DNA of 64,000 bases from an uncultured delta proteobacterium (GTDB taxonomy: Bacteria > Desulfobacterota > Binatia > UBA9968): NCBI GenBank assembly GCA_963816145.1, contig CAWFJP010000011.1:384001-448000 (forward strand), written 5' to 3'. The notes under the pieces are model-generated. The model did no database searches. It was not told where the DNA came from and saw only the letters and a program-made list of their open reading frames with translations. Position numbers and translations under genes: made by a program. Within the stretch, counting starts at the first letter, position 1, and every line of letters begins with the position of its first letter. Positions 27,606 through 38,466 of the stretch are shown here, piece by piece.

Positions 27606-27980
27606 TCAGAATTCATATCTCATACCGATCCAGTAACGCCAATCGGCAATGCCGTCTTTGGTTTTGCGATCTACGGTCAATGGCACCAACTGGCTTAGCG
27701 GCACCGCAAGCTTTGCGCCACGCCAACGTATCCTTACGAACATCTCGGATGCGCACTCCTCCTCCGGCGCCATTCCTACGACGTCAACCTCTTCGCCGAC
27801 GCGGAGCGGCGATACCCCTCGTTTGGATTTACAGCGCGCATTGAATGGAAATTTCAATTGTTCTTCAAGATAAGAATACCATCCCATCGACCGCTCTGCC
27901 GCGTTGTCCGCGTCAACAACGATTTCCATTTCAATTCGGCGCTCGCGTGCTTTGTTTTCCTTTAAGCGAGATCGTCGCAT
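27606..27980 (-). CDS. CcbP-like calcium-binding family protein
   Basis: EIVVDA...E..MGWYSYLEEQLKFPF.A.C...LAVPLSQL...IADWRYW pattern. Confidence 0.8.
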   Translation of the reverse strand: MRRSRLKENKARERRIEMEIVVDADNAAERSMGWYSYLEEQLKFPFNARCKSKRGVSPLRVGEEVDVVGMAPEEECASEMFVRIRWRGAKLAVPLSQLVPLTVDRKTKDGIADWRYWIGMRYEF

Positions 27981-28087
27981 TGTATCAGGGCATGGTTCCC
28001 ATTTTACTTTTCCACCGAGTGTTGCGATTTCCGCACGGTCTTTTTGCGGTTCCGAGAGCTCCGGTGAAAGTCCTTAAACCGCGAAGT

Positions 28088-28804
28088 TTATCTCATTCGA
28101 TCATGACACCAATAAATGTCTCGCGACTTTGACCTCAATTCCTCCGCCCGCGTCCGCCAATCAGGCAAAGACCGATCTAGTAGCCGCCAGAATTCAGTCC
28201 CATGGTGCGGTTCACGAAGATGAGCCAACTCGTGAACGATTACGTAGTCGATAACGCGGGCGGGCAATTGCAATAGCGGCCAATTGAAATACAGCGCGCC
28301 GTTTTTACCGCAGGAGCCCCAACGATAGCCAAGGGCGCGGACGCTGACACGCGATGGGGACGCGGGAATTTTCCGGCTCAGCAACTCTACCCGCCGGGAG
28401 AGCCATGCTCCACCGCTGCGAACGTACCACTCCCTGAAATGCTTCGTCGCTTGTGCGCGCGCGCTTACGCGAAGCAAAAAATATCTGCCGTCAAACTCTA
28501 GATTTGTTGATGCGTCGCGCAGAAGTTTCAACCGGTAGTTTCTCCCCAGGAAAGTGAAATTTTCTCCGCTAACAAATGCGGGTTTCCTTAGTTGCGGCGC
28601 TGACTCGGCTTTGCTTAACAGTTTTCGGTGAACCCACAGGAGTTTCGCTTGCGTCCAACGCGCTAACTCGTCCCGGTCGCTCGACTCCGGCGCGTGAATC
28701 ACCAGCTCGCCGCCGCGGTCAACCGTCAGCCCTAACGTGGCTCGCCTTGGACTTCGCCTGACCTCGAAAACAAGATTGCTGAGTTCTAAAGTTTCCATTG
28801 TCAC
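28088..28804 (-). CDS. M48/YgjP-like (DUF45) metalloprotein
   Basis: RWGSC and YVIVHELAHLREPHHGTEFW; coupled to hsdR. Confidence 0.9.
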   Translation of the reverse strand: MTMETLELSNLVFEVRRSPRRATLGLTVDRGGELVIHAPESSDRDELARWTQAKLLWVHRKLLSKAESAPQLRKPAFVSGENFTFLGRNYRLKLLRDASTNLEFDGRYFLLRVSARAQATKHFREWYVRSGGAWLSRRVELLSRKIPASPSRVSVRALGYRWGSCGKNGALYFNWPLLQLPARVIDYVIVHELAHLREPHHGTEFWRLLDRSLPDWRTRAEELRSKSRDIYWCHDRMR

Positions 28805-31800
28805 CGTGTCAGGTTTTCGTGATTCTCTTTTGCCAGCGCGACAAGGCGTTGCGCCAAATCGCGCTCGCCGCCCGGTCGACAGATTCCGGCTCTATCGATA
28901 TCTCGCACTAGCGTTCGCGTAAGCAATTCCCGCATGGACGGGTTCTTCCAAAAGCCGACCTTACGGACCTCCTGCCGGATGCGCTCGACCATCTCGAGGG
29001 TCGCGGACAGTGCCGCCGACCGCTGCGACGCAGTTAATTCACGATCTTTGCTGCATTCTTCCAAAACCAACCGAACGAATGGCACCTGGATATTAGGGTC
29101 GAGGCCCGGAAAATCATTCTGATCGCCACGCTTCAACTCCTCGATGAAGCGACGCAGCTCGCGCTCCAACGCATCCCAATCGTCTTTGAACCGCCGGAGG
29201 ATCTCCTCCAATTTTTCGCTCATCTTCCGAGCGTAGACCGGATTCTGGTTCGAAAAAGTGACGATATGATAGCGGGCGGCATGCTGCATTTGCGTGGCGC
29301 GCGCTCGACTACTGGTTTGAGCCTGGAGCACACGCTCAAACTCCGCGTCCGTAATCGCGGTCGGGGGTATTTTGGGGTCAACCCCATGGGCGGAGATATG
29401 GGCATTGATAAGCGCCTTGACCTTTTCCGCGACTCCTAAAAGATTCAATGCGGGATCGCGGTATAGATTGGCCGCCACTTTATTAATGAAGCCGAGCAGC
29501 TTGGCATCCCGAAACACGTCACCGGGAACCTCTGGCCTATGTTCGAGAATATTGAGAGTGTCGTAAAAACTACGCAGCTTGTTGATGAACTCTGCCCTAG
29601 TCTTTAGGTCCGCGAGCAGGTCCACACATTCAGTAACCTGTTCCTGTAGGTCTTTGATGCCCCGGTCGGTAAATACCGCCACCGCACGGTCACGCCGATC
29701 CAGCAATTTGGGCAGTTCTTCATGGATATCGATCAGCGCGCCCTCGGTATCTTCCCCGTCGTAGTCCTCCAAAGCGTCCTTAAGATGTCGCGCCACTCCG
29801 ATATAATCTACGACATAGCCGCATTTCTTTGCGCCGTAGGTGCGGTTGACCCGCGCGATTGCCTGCAACAGGTCATGCGCGACGATTTTGCGATCGAGAT
29901 AGAGTACCTGCTCGACCGGAGCGTCGAAACCCGTGAGCAACATGTTGTTGACGATCAAAATCGACAGCGGATCGGTCTTTTCGGTTTTCTCGATGGCAAA
30001 TTTTCGCTTGAACCGCTTGATGCGCTCTTCCTGCTTAGTTTTATCGGACCAATCCCTCCAGGACTCGGGATCGTTATGGTCGCCGGAGAAAACCACTCCG
30101 ATCTCTAGAGCGCGAATTTTCGCTAGCAAAGGATAGGTACGAACAAGAAAACGACTGTTTTCATCAAGCTTCTCGATTTCCTCATCTGATAGTGCCAGGT
30201 TCGCAGCCGGCACCGCCTCCAGCTCGCGTACTAATTCTAACCGCGCCTGCTCCAACTTTTCGCCGTAGGTAAACGCGGCGTCACGACTGGTCGCTACGAC
30301 TTGCGCTTTGAAGCCTTCAGGAAAGACTACGCCGACGTAGTGGCGGAGCATGTCGCGTGCCTTCTGCTCGATGAGCATCGGCGCTTCCAATACATCGCCC
30401 TCGGTCGCATATTTAGCCTTGATCACGGCCAACTCGTCGGCCGTATAGTCGCGAAACATGTCCACGAAAAGTTCGTCGAGCCCTGGAGCGTCCTTGACGA
30501 AGCCGTCCGCGGTGCGTCCTTCGTACAAAATCGGCACGGTCGCGCCGTCAAGCTCAGCCTCCTGGAGGATGTACTTGTCGATGAATTCGCCGAAGATCTC
30601 TCGGGTCTCCGTCTTCTCTTTGCTGAGAATCGGCGTCCCGGTAAACCCAATAATTGCCGCATTGGGCAACGCCTTGCGCAGATTTCGGTGCAGCGCCCGT
30701 GTGTGTGATCGGTGCGCCTCATCCACCAGCACAAGAATCTTCTCGGATTCATTGATTACTGGGAATTCCTCAAAGTGGATGTTCTCCTCGAATGTGACTT
30801 CCTTCTCCACCACCGGCTGATGTGAACCTGGTTTTCTCTCTTGCCGGACAATCGTCATCGCCACTCGGTCGCGAGTGCTTCGTCTTTCAACCTCCTGATA
30901 TTTTTGCAGCATCGCGAAGACGATATCCGGAGTCGTTTCTTTCAAGATGCGCTGGGTGCGAGCGGTCGGCGACTCGCGCCGCATGATGTCGTAATCCGTC
31001 GGTCGGACCGCCTCGCCGGATAGCTGCGCTGTCTCGCGCAGCTGTCTTTCCAAATCGGTGCGATCGGTAACGGCGACCACTTTGAACTGATTGAGACGCG
31101 GCGTCATGCGCATCTTGCGCACTAAGAAGACCATGCTGAGGCTCTTTCCGGAGCCCTGGGTGTGCCAGATGATACCGCCTCGCTCGTCGCGCGGAGCGCC
31201 CTGATTGCGCGTGCGGCCTTCCTGAAGACGGTTAACGGCTTTGTGGATCGCCCGAAACTGTTGGTAGCGCGCCACGACCTTGCGGGTCTTGCCATCCACT
31301 TGCTGAAAAACCGTGAAGTTACGAATGAGATCCAGCAGATGAGCGGGCCGCAACATTCCCGCGACTAATATCTGCTGACTGCGTAAATTAACCGCGGCCG
31401 CACGCATTTCCGCAGGCCGTTGCTCTGATGTTCGAAAGAAAAGGGGTACGCCAGATCGCTCCGACTGTTCAGGTCCAAGAACCGTCACTTCCTTTTCGGC
31501 TTCTGCCTGATCGGCCGACGCGCTGATCAAACCTAACTCCTCGGCCACCGTGCTCATGGGCACGGGACTGGTGTCGGCCCATTCGAGATACGCCTCCGGT
31601 GGAGCACCGACGGTGGCGGCTCGCGCCTCAAAAAAGTTGCTGGCAATCAGAAGCTGGTTGGTATGAAAGAGCCGCTCGACGCCTTCGTTTTCGCTGTAGA
31701 GCGTCGGGAATAACTCGCGTCGTTGATTCGAATAGCGCAGGAGCTGGTTGATCGCTTCCTGGAGCGGATTTTGAATACCCGGACTCTTGAACTCGGCGAC

Positions 31801-32283
31801 GACCAACGGGATGCCGTTCACGAACAGCACCGCGTCCGCAATGATGTGTCCACGCCCACTGGTCAACTCAACCTTGAATTGATTGATGACGAGAAAGTCG
31901 TTGTTCGCCCAGTTTTCGAAGTCGATGAACTTGACCGGCTGCGGTCGTCCCTGGTCCCAATCCGGCAAGCCATCGGCAACGGTTCCTTTGAGCAATAGCT
32001 CCGTCGCGGACTGGTTTATCTCCATCAGCCGGTGGCTGCCCGCATGTTCGAGGTTTCGAATGGCGCGGGCGATGCGGGCATCGTCCAGCCAAGGTTTCCC
32101 GTCGCGCAAATTGAGCTTCCGCAGCGCCGCCGCGAGTCGCCCGTTAAGCAGCACCTCGCGCGAACTAGCGCGCTCAGTGGACTCGGGTAAATCTGGATCG
32201 CCCTCGATCCACTCCCAACCCATCGTCTTAAGCTGTTCGCAGAACGGCTTTTCGACGAGGTCGTATTCCCACTCGATTTTCAT
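28801..32283 (-). CDS. hsdR: Type I restriction endonuclease subunit R
   Basis: DAVLFVNGIPLVVAEFK nuclease motif, WHTQGSGKS, DEAHRS, GFTGTP, MLLTGFDAP, QAIARVNR. Confidence 0.96.
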   Translation of the reverse strand: MKIEWEYDLVEKPFCEQLKTMGWEWIEGDPDLPESTERASSREVLLNGRLAAALRKLNLRDGKPWLDDARIARAIRNLEHAGSHRLMEINQSATELLLKGTVADGLPDWDQGRPQPVKFIDFENWANNDFLVINQFKVELTSGRGHIIADAVLFVNGIPLVVAEFKSPGIQNPLQEAINQLLRYSNQRRELFPTLYSENEGVERLFHTNQLLIASNFFEARAATVGAPPEAYLEWADTSPVPMSTVAEELGLISASADQAEAEKEVTVLGPEQSERSGVPLFFRTSEQRPAEMRAAAVNLRSQQILVAGMLRPAHLLDLIRNFTVFQQVDGKTRKVVARYQQFRAIHKAVNRLQEGRTRNQGAPRDERGGIIWHTQGSGKSLSMVFLVRKMRMTPRLNQFKVVAVTDRTDLERQLRETAQLSGEAVRPTDYDIMRRESPTARTQRILKETTPDIVFAMLQKYQEVERRSTRDRVAMTIVRQERKPGSHQPVVEKEVTFEENIHFEEFPVINESEKILVLVDEAHRSHTRALHRNLRKALPNAAIIGFTGTPILSKEKTETREIFGEFIDKYILQEAELDGATVPILYEGRTADGFVKDAPGLDELFVDMFRDYTADELAVIKAKYATEGDVLEAPMLIEQKARDMLRHYVGVVFPEGFKAQVVATSRDAAFTYGEKLEQARLELVRELEAVPAANLALSDEEIEKLDENSRFLVRTYPLLAKIRALEIGVVFSGDHNDPESWRDWSDKTKQEERIKRFKRKFAIEKTEKTDPLSILIVNNMLLTGFDAPVEQVLYLDRKIVAHDLLQAIARVNRTYGAKKCGYVVDYIGVARHLKDALEDYDGEDTEGALIDIHEELPKLLDRRDRAVAVFTDRGIKDLQEQVTECVDLLADLKTRAEFINKLRSFYDTLNILEHRPEVPGDVFRDAKLLGFINKVAANLYRDPALNLLGVAEKVKALINAHISAHGVDPKIPPTAITDAEFERVLQAQTSSRARATQMQHAARYHIVTFSNQNPVYARKMSEKLEEILRRFKDDWDALERELRRFIEELKRGDQNDFPGLDPNIQVPFVRLVLEECSKDRELTASQRSAALSATLEMVERIRQEVRKVGFWKNPSMRELLTRTLVRDIDRAGICRPGGERDLAQRLVALAKENHENLTR

Positions 32284-32362
32284 GGCCCAAACCTGGCGAA
32301 AAAATGGCGCGAGTCATGGCGCAAGTTTGTCGCAAGTTGTGTCGCGAGTCTGTCGCCAGTTT

Positions 32363-33409
32363 TCATAACAGCCTGTATTCGAGCAGGTTTGTGGCGCCGC
32401 TGGCGACGACGAGGCCCGCTTTTACCAGGCCTTGGATGTCTCTTTGAAGGCTTCTCCGGTGAGCTTGGGGGCAGAGCGCCTCATAGTCTTGGATCGTCAA
32501 TTTGCCGTGTTCCAAGAGAAACCCCAGTGCCGACTTTTGGCGCGCGTTGAAGCGATGCTTTGCCGCCAAGACATCCGCCTTGATCACCCGCTCGCCTCTT
32601 TCCTTCACCTCGTCCATCTGCGTCGCCAATCCGTCGACGAAGTAGTCGAGCCAACCGGTCAAGTCCATCCCTTGCTCGCGCACGCCTTGAATGGCGGCAT
32701 AAAAGCTCGCCCGGTCGCGGTCATAGTATTCGCTGATCGAGAACAGTCGCTTGAAATCGTAACCCGCCCGGTAGAGACAAAGCGTGGAGAGCAAACGCGA
32801 GGTGCGCCCGTTGCCGTCCACAAAGGGATGAATGTGGACCAACTGAAATTGCGCGATACCGCTCGCAAGCACGGGATGAATTTCGGTCGGTGCGTTGAGC
32901 CACGCGACCAGCTCCGCCATCAGCGGGGGCACGTTTAACGGCGGCGGTGGTGTGTAAATGATCTGCCCGGTTTTCGAATTGGCGACGAAGTTCTGCACGC
33001 GCCGGTATTCGCCCGGATGCGCCGCGCCGCCGCGTACGCCCTCGACCAGTCGGCGGTGAATCTCTCGGATCAACCCCTCGGTGATCGGCCCGCCGTCGTT
33101 CAGATAGCCGCTAACGAATTCGAAAGCGTCGCGATAGTTCAACAGCTCGCGCGCATCTTCCGGATCGGCCTCCGGCACCGCTTGTCCCGCGAACAAGCGC
33201 TCCGCCTGTTCCAGCGTTAGATGCGTACCCTCGATGTGCGTCGTGTGGTGGGCTTCTAACAACAACGCCCGCGAGCGCATCGTCGCCAGCCAATCTTCCG
33301 AAAGCTTCGCCGCATCGAGAAATCCCCGCGCCCGCTCGATACGCGTCAGCGCCGCCGTGGCATGGTTGCTGATGCGAAACGAGGGCCGAAACCCACTGGG
33401 ATTTTTCAT
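32363..33409 (-). CDS. Fic family protein with C-terminal wHTH
   Basis: Canonical [12 protein letters not shown] motif; TTHIEG resembles the (S/T)xxxE(G/N) inhibitory helix. Confidence 0.93.
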   Translation of the reverse strand: MKNPSGFRPSFRISNHATAALTRIERARGFLDAAKLSEDWLATMRSRALLLEAHHTTHIEGTHLTLEQAERLFAGQAVPEADPEDARELLNYRDAFEFVSGYLNDGGPITEGLIREIHRRLVEGVRGGAAHPGEYRRVQNFVANSKTGQIIYTPPPPLNVPPLMAELVAWLNAPTEIHPVLASGIAQFQLVHIHPFVDGNGRTSRLLSTLCLYRAGYDFKRLFSISEYYDRDRASFYAAIQGVREQGMDLTGWLDYFVDGLATQMDEVKERGERVIKADVLAAKHRFNARQKSALGFLLEHGKLTIQDYEALCPQAHRRSLQRDIQGLVKAGLVVASGATNLLEYRLL

Positions 33410-34701
33410 CCCGTCACCGCAATCCCCTCCGGTACACGCACGCGACCGGTGAGGAGATCGTTCATGAGGCCGGATTTAATCGACGTTAGTTTCTCACCAA
33501 CTTCTTCCTCAGTTTTGATTTCTTTATTCACGGCCTCAAAAACCTCAGAACATCTTTCTTGCTCGGTGGAACTTGGGACTGGAACAAGTAGCGGTCTGAG
33601 AAATTCTAGATTGATGTTCTTCTGAGCAGATTGAGGTGCGAGAGCGTTGAGTCGTTGTTTCGCACGTCGCAAGACCAACTCGACCCACCTGACAACGTTT
33701 GGCGAGGAAACAACTATACCCACGACGCTGTCCGGGAAGTACATCGGAAAACCCAAAATGGCTGTATCTCCGATGTTCGCCGCAATTGTCACGGCAATCG
33801 TTCCAACCGGAAATATTTTACTGACGGAGACCCCGCGCTCGTTCAGACTTTGACTTGCATTCGTGATGATTTCGCCGTTCGCTATTGCGACGTCGCCGGT
33901 TTGAATGAAGGGAAATTGACCGCCGTAGAAGTCCGGATCATTGCGGGGTCGGTGTCCAAACTTCCCACGATCAACGTCCGCGATTTCTGAGAGGGGTAGC
34001 AACTTCCACTCCTTCGGAATCCACCCGAGCGCCGAGTCTTGGAATTGTTCCGGGTGAGTGACGGGATCGCGGAGCTGGCCGTTTTCGTCGAGGCCACGGG
34101 TGAGAAGGTCGTGGAGCAGACCCGCGCGCACTTGCTTGAGTTTCGCAATCACCGCCTCCGTGTTCGCAATCGCCCCGTCCACCGTGTCCAGCACGCCGGC
34201 AATGCGGGTTTGTTCATGCGGAGGCGGAATGACAACGACCATCTTCTCTACATCGTTAAGGTTGAGACCGGGCTGTGCAGAACCTTTTTGGAATCTTCGC
34301 ACCTCTGGCGCAAACAGTTCAGATCTGAACTGATGAAGAAAGAACCTGGATTGGTTTGGCGATTTAACTGCAATCCGTGCGGTGGTCTGCGTGATGTTCG
34401 CACCGCTCAGGGTTGGTGGCACCACGGCAGTCTGGCCTAGGTAACCAACTATGGAAAAGAGAATATCACCACCCTTGAGCGACGAACGAGCATATGCCTC
34501 AGCGATATGTGGATGAATTAAGTAGAGATCGGAATCGTCGACGATGCCGCGACTATAGTCCTGACCGCGAATGATAGCGATGCCCTGCTTTAGACGTTCC
34601 CCTGGTTGGACAACACCATAAGTTATCGGTCTCGCTGGATCGACTATCGACCGAATGGAATCACTTTTCCAATCATCCGGGAACGAACTATTCGTTTGCA
34701 T
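33406..34701 (-). CDS. hsdS: Type I RM specificity subunit
   Basis: Two TRDs, [35 protein letters not shown] conserved regions. Confidence 0.94.
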   Translation of the reverse strand: MQTNSSFPDDWKSDSIRSIVDPARPITYGVVQPGERLKQGIAIIRGQDYSRGIVDDSDLYLIHPHIAEAYARSSLKGGDILFSIVGYLGQTAVVPPTLSGANITQTTARIAVKSPNQSRFFLHQFRSELFAPEVRRFQKGSAQPGLNLNDVEKMVVVIPPPHEQTRIAGVLDTVDGAIANTEAVIAKLKQVRAGLLHDLLTRGLDENGQLRDPVTHPEQFQDSALGWIPKEWKLLPLSEIADVDRGKFGHRPRNDPDFYGGQFPFIQTGDVAIANGEIITNASQSLNERGVSVSKIFPVGTIAVTIAANIGDTAILGFPMYFPDSVVGIVVSSPNVVRWVELVLRRAKQRLNALAPQSAQKNINLEFLRPLLVPVPSSTEQERCSEVFEAVNKEIKTEEEVGEKLTSIKSGLMNDLLTGRVRVPEGIAVTG

Positions 34702-37384
34702 AGTGAAGCTGGTGAAAAATGGCTTCTAGCCGGTTTGATAGGGCGTTGCCGTCGTTCTTAATGTTACGGAACGTGATGTGATATTTGTCCCATAGTTCCT
34801 GGACAAACCGTACTACAGCCTGCTGCTTCTCGCTTACAGCGGCGTAAAGTCCTACCTGAACGTCGTACTCGAAAAGTTCGAGCACGAGCGCGCGTTTCTT
34901 CTCGTCACCCGTGAAGCCGCAGCGGTTTTTGAGTTCGGAAACAAACTCGTCGGTCAGCTTGCGGAAGCGGGCGCGGGCGACAGAGAGGTCAGTTTTAATT
35001 TTTTCGTAAGGCGCGAGCGTGGCTTCAAGCGTAGCGATTTGGTCGAGCGCGGGCTCTAGCGCAGCTTTAGCTGCGCATGCGGCGTGGCGGTCGGCGTCGG
35101 TTGCCTTTGGTTTTGCGCCGGCTTTTTCGAGTTTAGCGAGTTCCTTGAGCGCTTCTTTGTTCTCCGATTTCAGTTCGCGTATCTGACGTTCAAGATCTTT
35201 GGCATAGTTCCAGTTTTCCAGTTCCGCTTCGTCGCCGTCCTCTGGAGGATTACTTTGCTCGAAGGCTTCTTTCTCGCCTTTGAGGCGAGCAACGTCGGCC
35301 TTGGCGGCGGCGATTTGTTCGAGGTAGTCGGACATCACGCGTCGAACCAGCTTGTGCGCGAAGGGATCGAAGGTCGGGCCGGCGGCTTCGTCGTCTTCCA
35401 CGGCGTCGGCGATGGCGTCCACCCAGCCGTCGATCACACCGGGAAAACCGTTTTCCAAGAGCGTTTTGAAATCCGGCAGCGTTTCGGTCCACCAAGTCGC
35501 GATGACACCCGAAAGCTTGAAGCGATCGAGTGTGCCGAGCGGCGCGAGCGCGGTAACGAAACTATCGAGGAACTCGCTACGGACACGATTGAGTTCGCGG
35601 TGCCGCGGCAACTCGGCAAGCCGGGCTGAGTGGGCGACCCACCATGCGATGACGGCATCGCGGAGCGACTGCACGCGCACCTGCACGCCGGGATCGTTTT
35701 CAACGAGCGGCCTGATCGCTGAGCGCTCTGTGAGCGAGGGCGCGAAGTCGAGGTAATTCCCCCTCACCCCATCCCTCTCCCCCGTTTCCGGGGGCGAGGG
35801 GGTAGCAGCTGAGGATCGCGGGGCAAAGGCATGGGTCGGATCGAACCCTAATGCCTCCAAAAGTGCATGCTGCCCTTCGACTTCGGCAACCGGCACGCCG
35901 CCGAGCAGATGAGCGCGCACGTCGTGCGGCTCAGGAGGCGGCGAGTTGTCCACGTAGCGACGAATGTTGAGGTTCCAGTCGTTGGCTGGACTGTTGATTT
36001 CGTCGAGCGGCACGCGCCGCGCGTAGCCGGTGATGTCCTCGAAGCGGTCGTAGGTAGACACGATTTTTTCGACATGCTCCGGCCGCAAATAGTTCTGCGC
36101 CCGGCCGGCGTGGAACTCGGCGTCGGCGTTGATGAAGAGAACCTGGCCACGCCGGTTCTCGGGTTTATTCGGGTTGGGCAACTGGCCAGTGAGATTCGGC
36201 CGCATGACAAGAATACAAGCAGGAATGCCGGCGCCGTAGAAAAGATTGGGCGGCAAGCCGATGATCGCCTCGATCAGGTCTTGTTCGAGAAACTTCTTGC
36301 GAATCTCCTTCTCTGCGCCGCCGCGAAAGAGCACGCCGTGGGGCATGACCGTCGTAACCATTCCCGTCGGTTTGCAGGTCGCGAGCATGTGCTGGGCGAA
36401 CATCAGATCGCCCTTCTTGCCCGTCGTCGGCGCCCAACCCCAGCGGAACCGCTCGGGGTATTCCATGTTGCTCTTTGTATAGTTTTGGCTGAACGGCGGA
36501 TTGGCAATCACGCGGTCGAAGCGCTCTAACTCGCCTGCCTCGCGATGCATCGGGTGAAGCAGTGTATCCTCAAGCTCGATACGCGCACCGGGAATGCCGT
36601 GGAGCAGCATGTTGAGCTTGCAAATCGCCCAGGCGGATGCGTCATTCACTTGACCGCACAGATCGAGATTGGTGGGGTCGCCGCCGGATTGCTCAATAAA
36701 CTCGCGGCTGATGATGAGCATGCCACCCGAACCGCAACATGGATCGTAGACGCTCAAGCCAGGTTTCGGCTTTAGGATTCGCACCATTAACCGGATGACA
36801 TCGCGCGGGGTGTAAAAATCTCCGCCCTTTTTGCCCGCCGACTCGGCGAACATGTTGATAAGGAACTCATAAGCGGAACCGAGAAGATCGGAGAACTGAA
36901 AATCCTCGTTGTGCAAACGGTAACGGCTGAAGTGGCGCACGAGATCTTTGCAGGCGTCATCGGAAACAATGCGCTTGTTATTTTGCACCTTCATGAACTG
37001 GATATGATCCAGCACATGCTCAAGGGATTCGTTATGCTCCGCTATTCCGGCCAGCGCCTCATCGAGAACGCTGCCGTACGGCTTGGCTGCGTCGCCCATG
37101 TGCTCTTGTAAGTAAGCCCAGCGCGCCCGTTCCGGGATAAAAAATCCATCGTAGTAGTCGGAATCTTCCCCGTAGGCCTCGGCTTTTTCTTTGGCCATCC
37201 CCTCTTCAAGTCTAGTGCCGACAATCTTTTCGCGTTCCGCATCGAAAACATCCGAGCAGCGCTTCAGAAACAGCATTCCGAAGATGTAATCCTTGTAGGT
37301 CGCGGCATCGAGTCCCTCTTGGCGCAGTCGGTCCGCGGCAGAGTAGAGGTGGCGTTCGAGTTTAGCTAGGGAAAGTTTTGCCAT
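34688..37384 (-). CDS. hsdM: Type I RM N6-adenine methyltransferase with long C-terminal extension
   Basis: GDFYTP, YDPCCGSGGML, ANPPF, PHGVLFRG, NLNIRRY. Confidence 0.95.
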   Translation of the reverse strand: MAKLSLAKLERHLYSAADRLRQEGLDAATYKDYIFGMLFLKRCSDVFDAEREKIVGTRLEEGMAKEKAEAYGEDSDYYDGFFIPERARWAYLQEHMGDAAKPYGSVLDEALAGIAEHNESLEHVLDHIQFMKVQNNKRIVSDDACKDLVRHFSRYRLHNEDFQFSDLLGSAYEFLINMFAESAGKKGGDFYTPRDVIRLMVRILKPKPGLSVYDPCCGSGGMLIISREFIEQSGGDPTNLDLCGQVNDASAWAICKLNMLLHGIPGARIELEDTLLHPMHREAGELERFDRVIANPPFSQNYTKSNMEYPERFRWGWAPTTGKKGDLMFAQHMLATCKPTGMVTTVMPHGVLFRGGAEKEIRKKFLEQDLIEAIIGLPPNLFYGAGIPACILVMRPNLTGQLPNPNKPENRRGQVLFINADAEFHAGRAQNYLRPEHVEKIVSTYDRFEDITGYARRVPLDEINSPANDWNLNIRRYVDNSPPPEPHDVRAHLLGGVPVAEVEGQHALLEALGFDPTHAFAPRSSAATPSPPETGERDGVRGNYLDFAPSLTERSAIRPLVENDPGVQVRVQSLRDAVIAWWVAHSARLAELPRHRELNRVRSEFLDSFVTALAPLGTLDRFKLSGVIATWWTETLPDFKTLLENGFPGVIDGWVDAIADAVEDDEAAGPTFDPFAHKLVRRVMSDYLEQIAAAKADVARLKGEKEAFEQSNPPEDGDEAELENWNYAKDLERQIRELKSENKEALKELAKLEKAGAKPKATDADRHAACAAKAALEPALDQIATLEATLAPYEKIKTDLSVARARFRKLTDEFVSELKNRCGFTGDEKKRALVLELFEYDVQVGLYAAVSEKQQAVVRFVQELWDKYHITFRNIKNDGNALSNRLEAIFHQLHYANE
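35759..35802. repeat. GC-rich hairpin element inserted in frame in hsdM
   Basis: cccctcaccccatccctctcccccg-tttc-cgggggcgaggggg, read as PSPPETGERDGVRG. Confidence 0.7.
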
Positions 37385-37449
37385 AGTTCAAATGATGATG
37401 AAAAGTTTTCCGGATTTTACGTGAACTGGCCTTGCAAGAGCAAGGCTAC

Positions 37450-38462
37450 CGGGGGCCAGATCGTTCTTCAATGCATCATGGACCTTCTCCACACTCCCAC
37501 AGCGCTCGCGCTGCCAGCGCAACAGTTCCTCGCCCTCGATCTCCCAACGGTTGGTGACCACCGCGTAGTAGTGATAGCTGTTGCCGTCTGAAAATAGCTC
37601 GGTCTGCCAGGGCCTGACTCGGATCGCTAAATAGCGGTCCGGCTTCATGGCCTTTTTCACCGATGCATCCGAGGGGATAAACTCGACCTCGGCCCACTCT
37701 TTTCTGCCTTCGATCCATCCCTTCTCGGTCAGTCTCCTCAACGGTTTCCACGCGGAGTCCGATAATGAGACGATCTTTCCCCGAAGCGCCTCGCTGACAT
37801 CGGCGCTGATGGCAAAATAGACTGGCACTTGCTTGCCATAAAGTTCTATCCCATCGCGCATCGCATCTAACAGCTTGTGCTGGTAGGCCGCGCTGTCGGA
37901 ACGAAAGTAAAGCGTCTCGATGCTCGCAGGCAGGGCCCGGGTCGTTCGCATAAACGAGCTCAGGCAATCCATCCCCGCCGGCACATTGCCATCGCGAAAC
38001 TCGTCGGCCAAAATCAAATCTTGCTCCACCCAGTAGTTGATCACCGGCTGATAGCCGCGCTCGCCCAAATACGTCATGCGGCTCTGTTCTTTGTGGCTCT
38101 CGACCACCGTGGCGTCCTGGTCGATGGTGGCCTGCTTAGGTTCTTCTTTGCGGCTTGCCTTTAACACCACTTCCCGTTGGACTTCCCACAGCCCCGCTAG
38201 CGGCTTGGTCTCCGGTGCGATAAAAGCTCCCTGTTCAGGTCTCTCCTCCAACAGCTTCTCATCGTGAAAGCCGTAGAGAAAAAATCGCACCGCTTCGGCC
38301 GACGGCAGCTCGCCCACCAACAGCTTTAACCCAGCATCGGTGCGCAGCCGCTCGATATCTTCCAGGCAATCCCCGCCGGCTGCCATCAGCGCGATCAAGC
38401 TTTGCACATACTGTGACTCGCTGTAGCCGCGTTGGCGCTGCTTGATCCGAACATGCTGCTCA
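37450..38462 (-). mobile_element. IS1380-family transposase, truncated at both ends
   Basis: AAGGDCLEDIERLRTD, TIDQDAT, GYQP, FRDGNVPA, FRSDSA, VVTN...W.RERCGSVEKVHDALKNDL; no terminal IRs seen. Confidence 0.8.
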
Positions 38463-38466
38463 CGAT

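Noticed and set aside
25993-28088. Integron cassette array
   Set aside because: No attC-like palindromes with RYYYAAC/GTTRRRY ends recognised between genes and no intI
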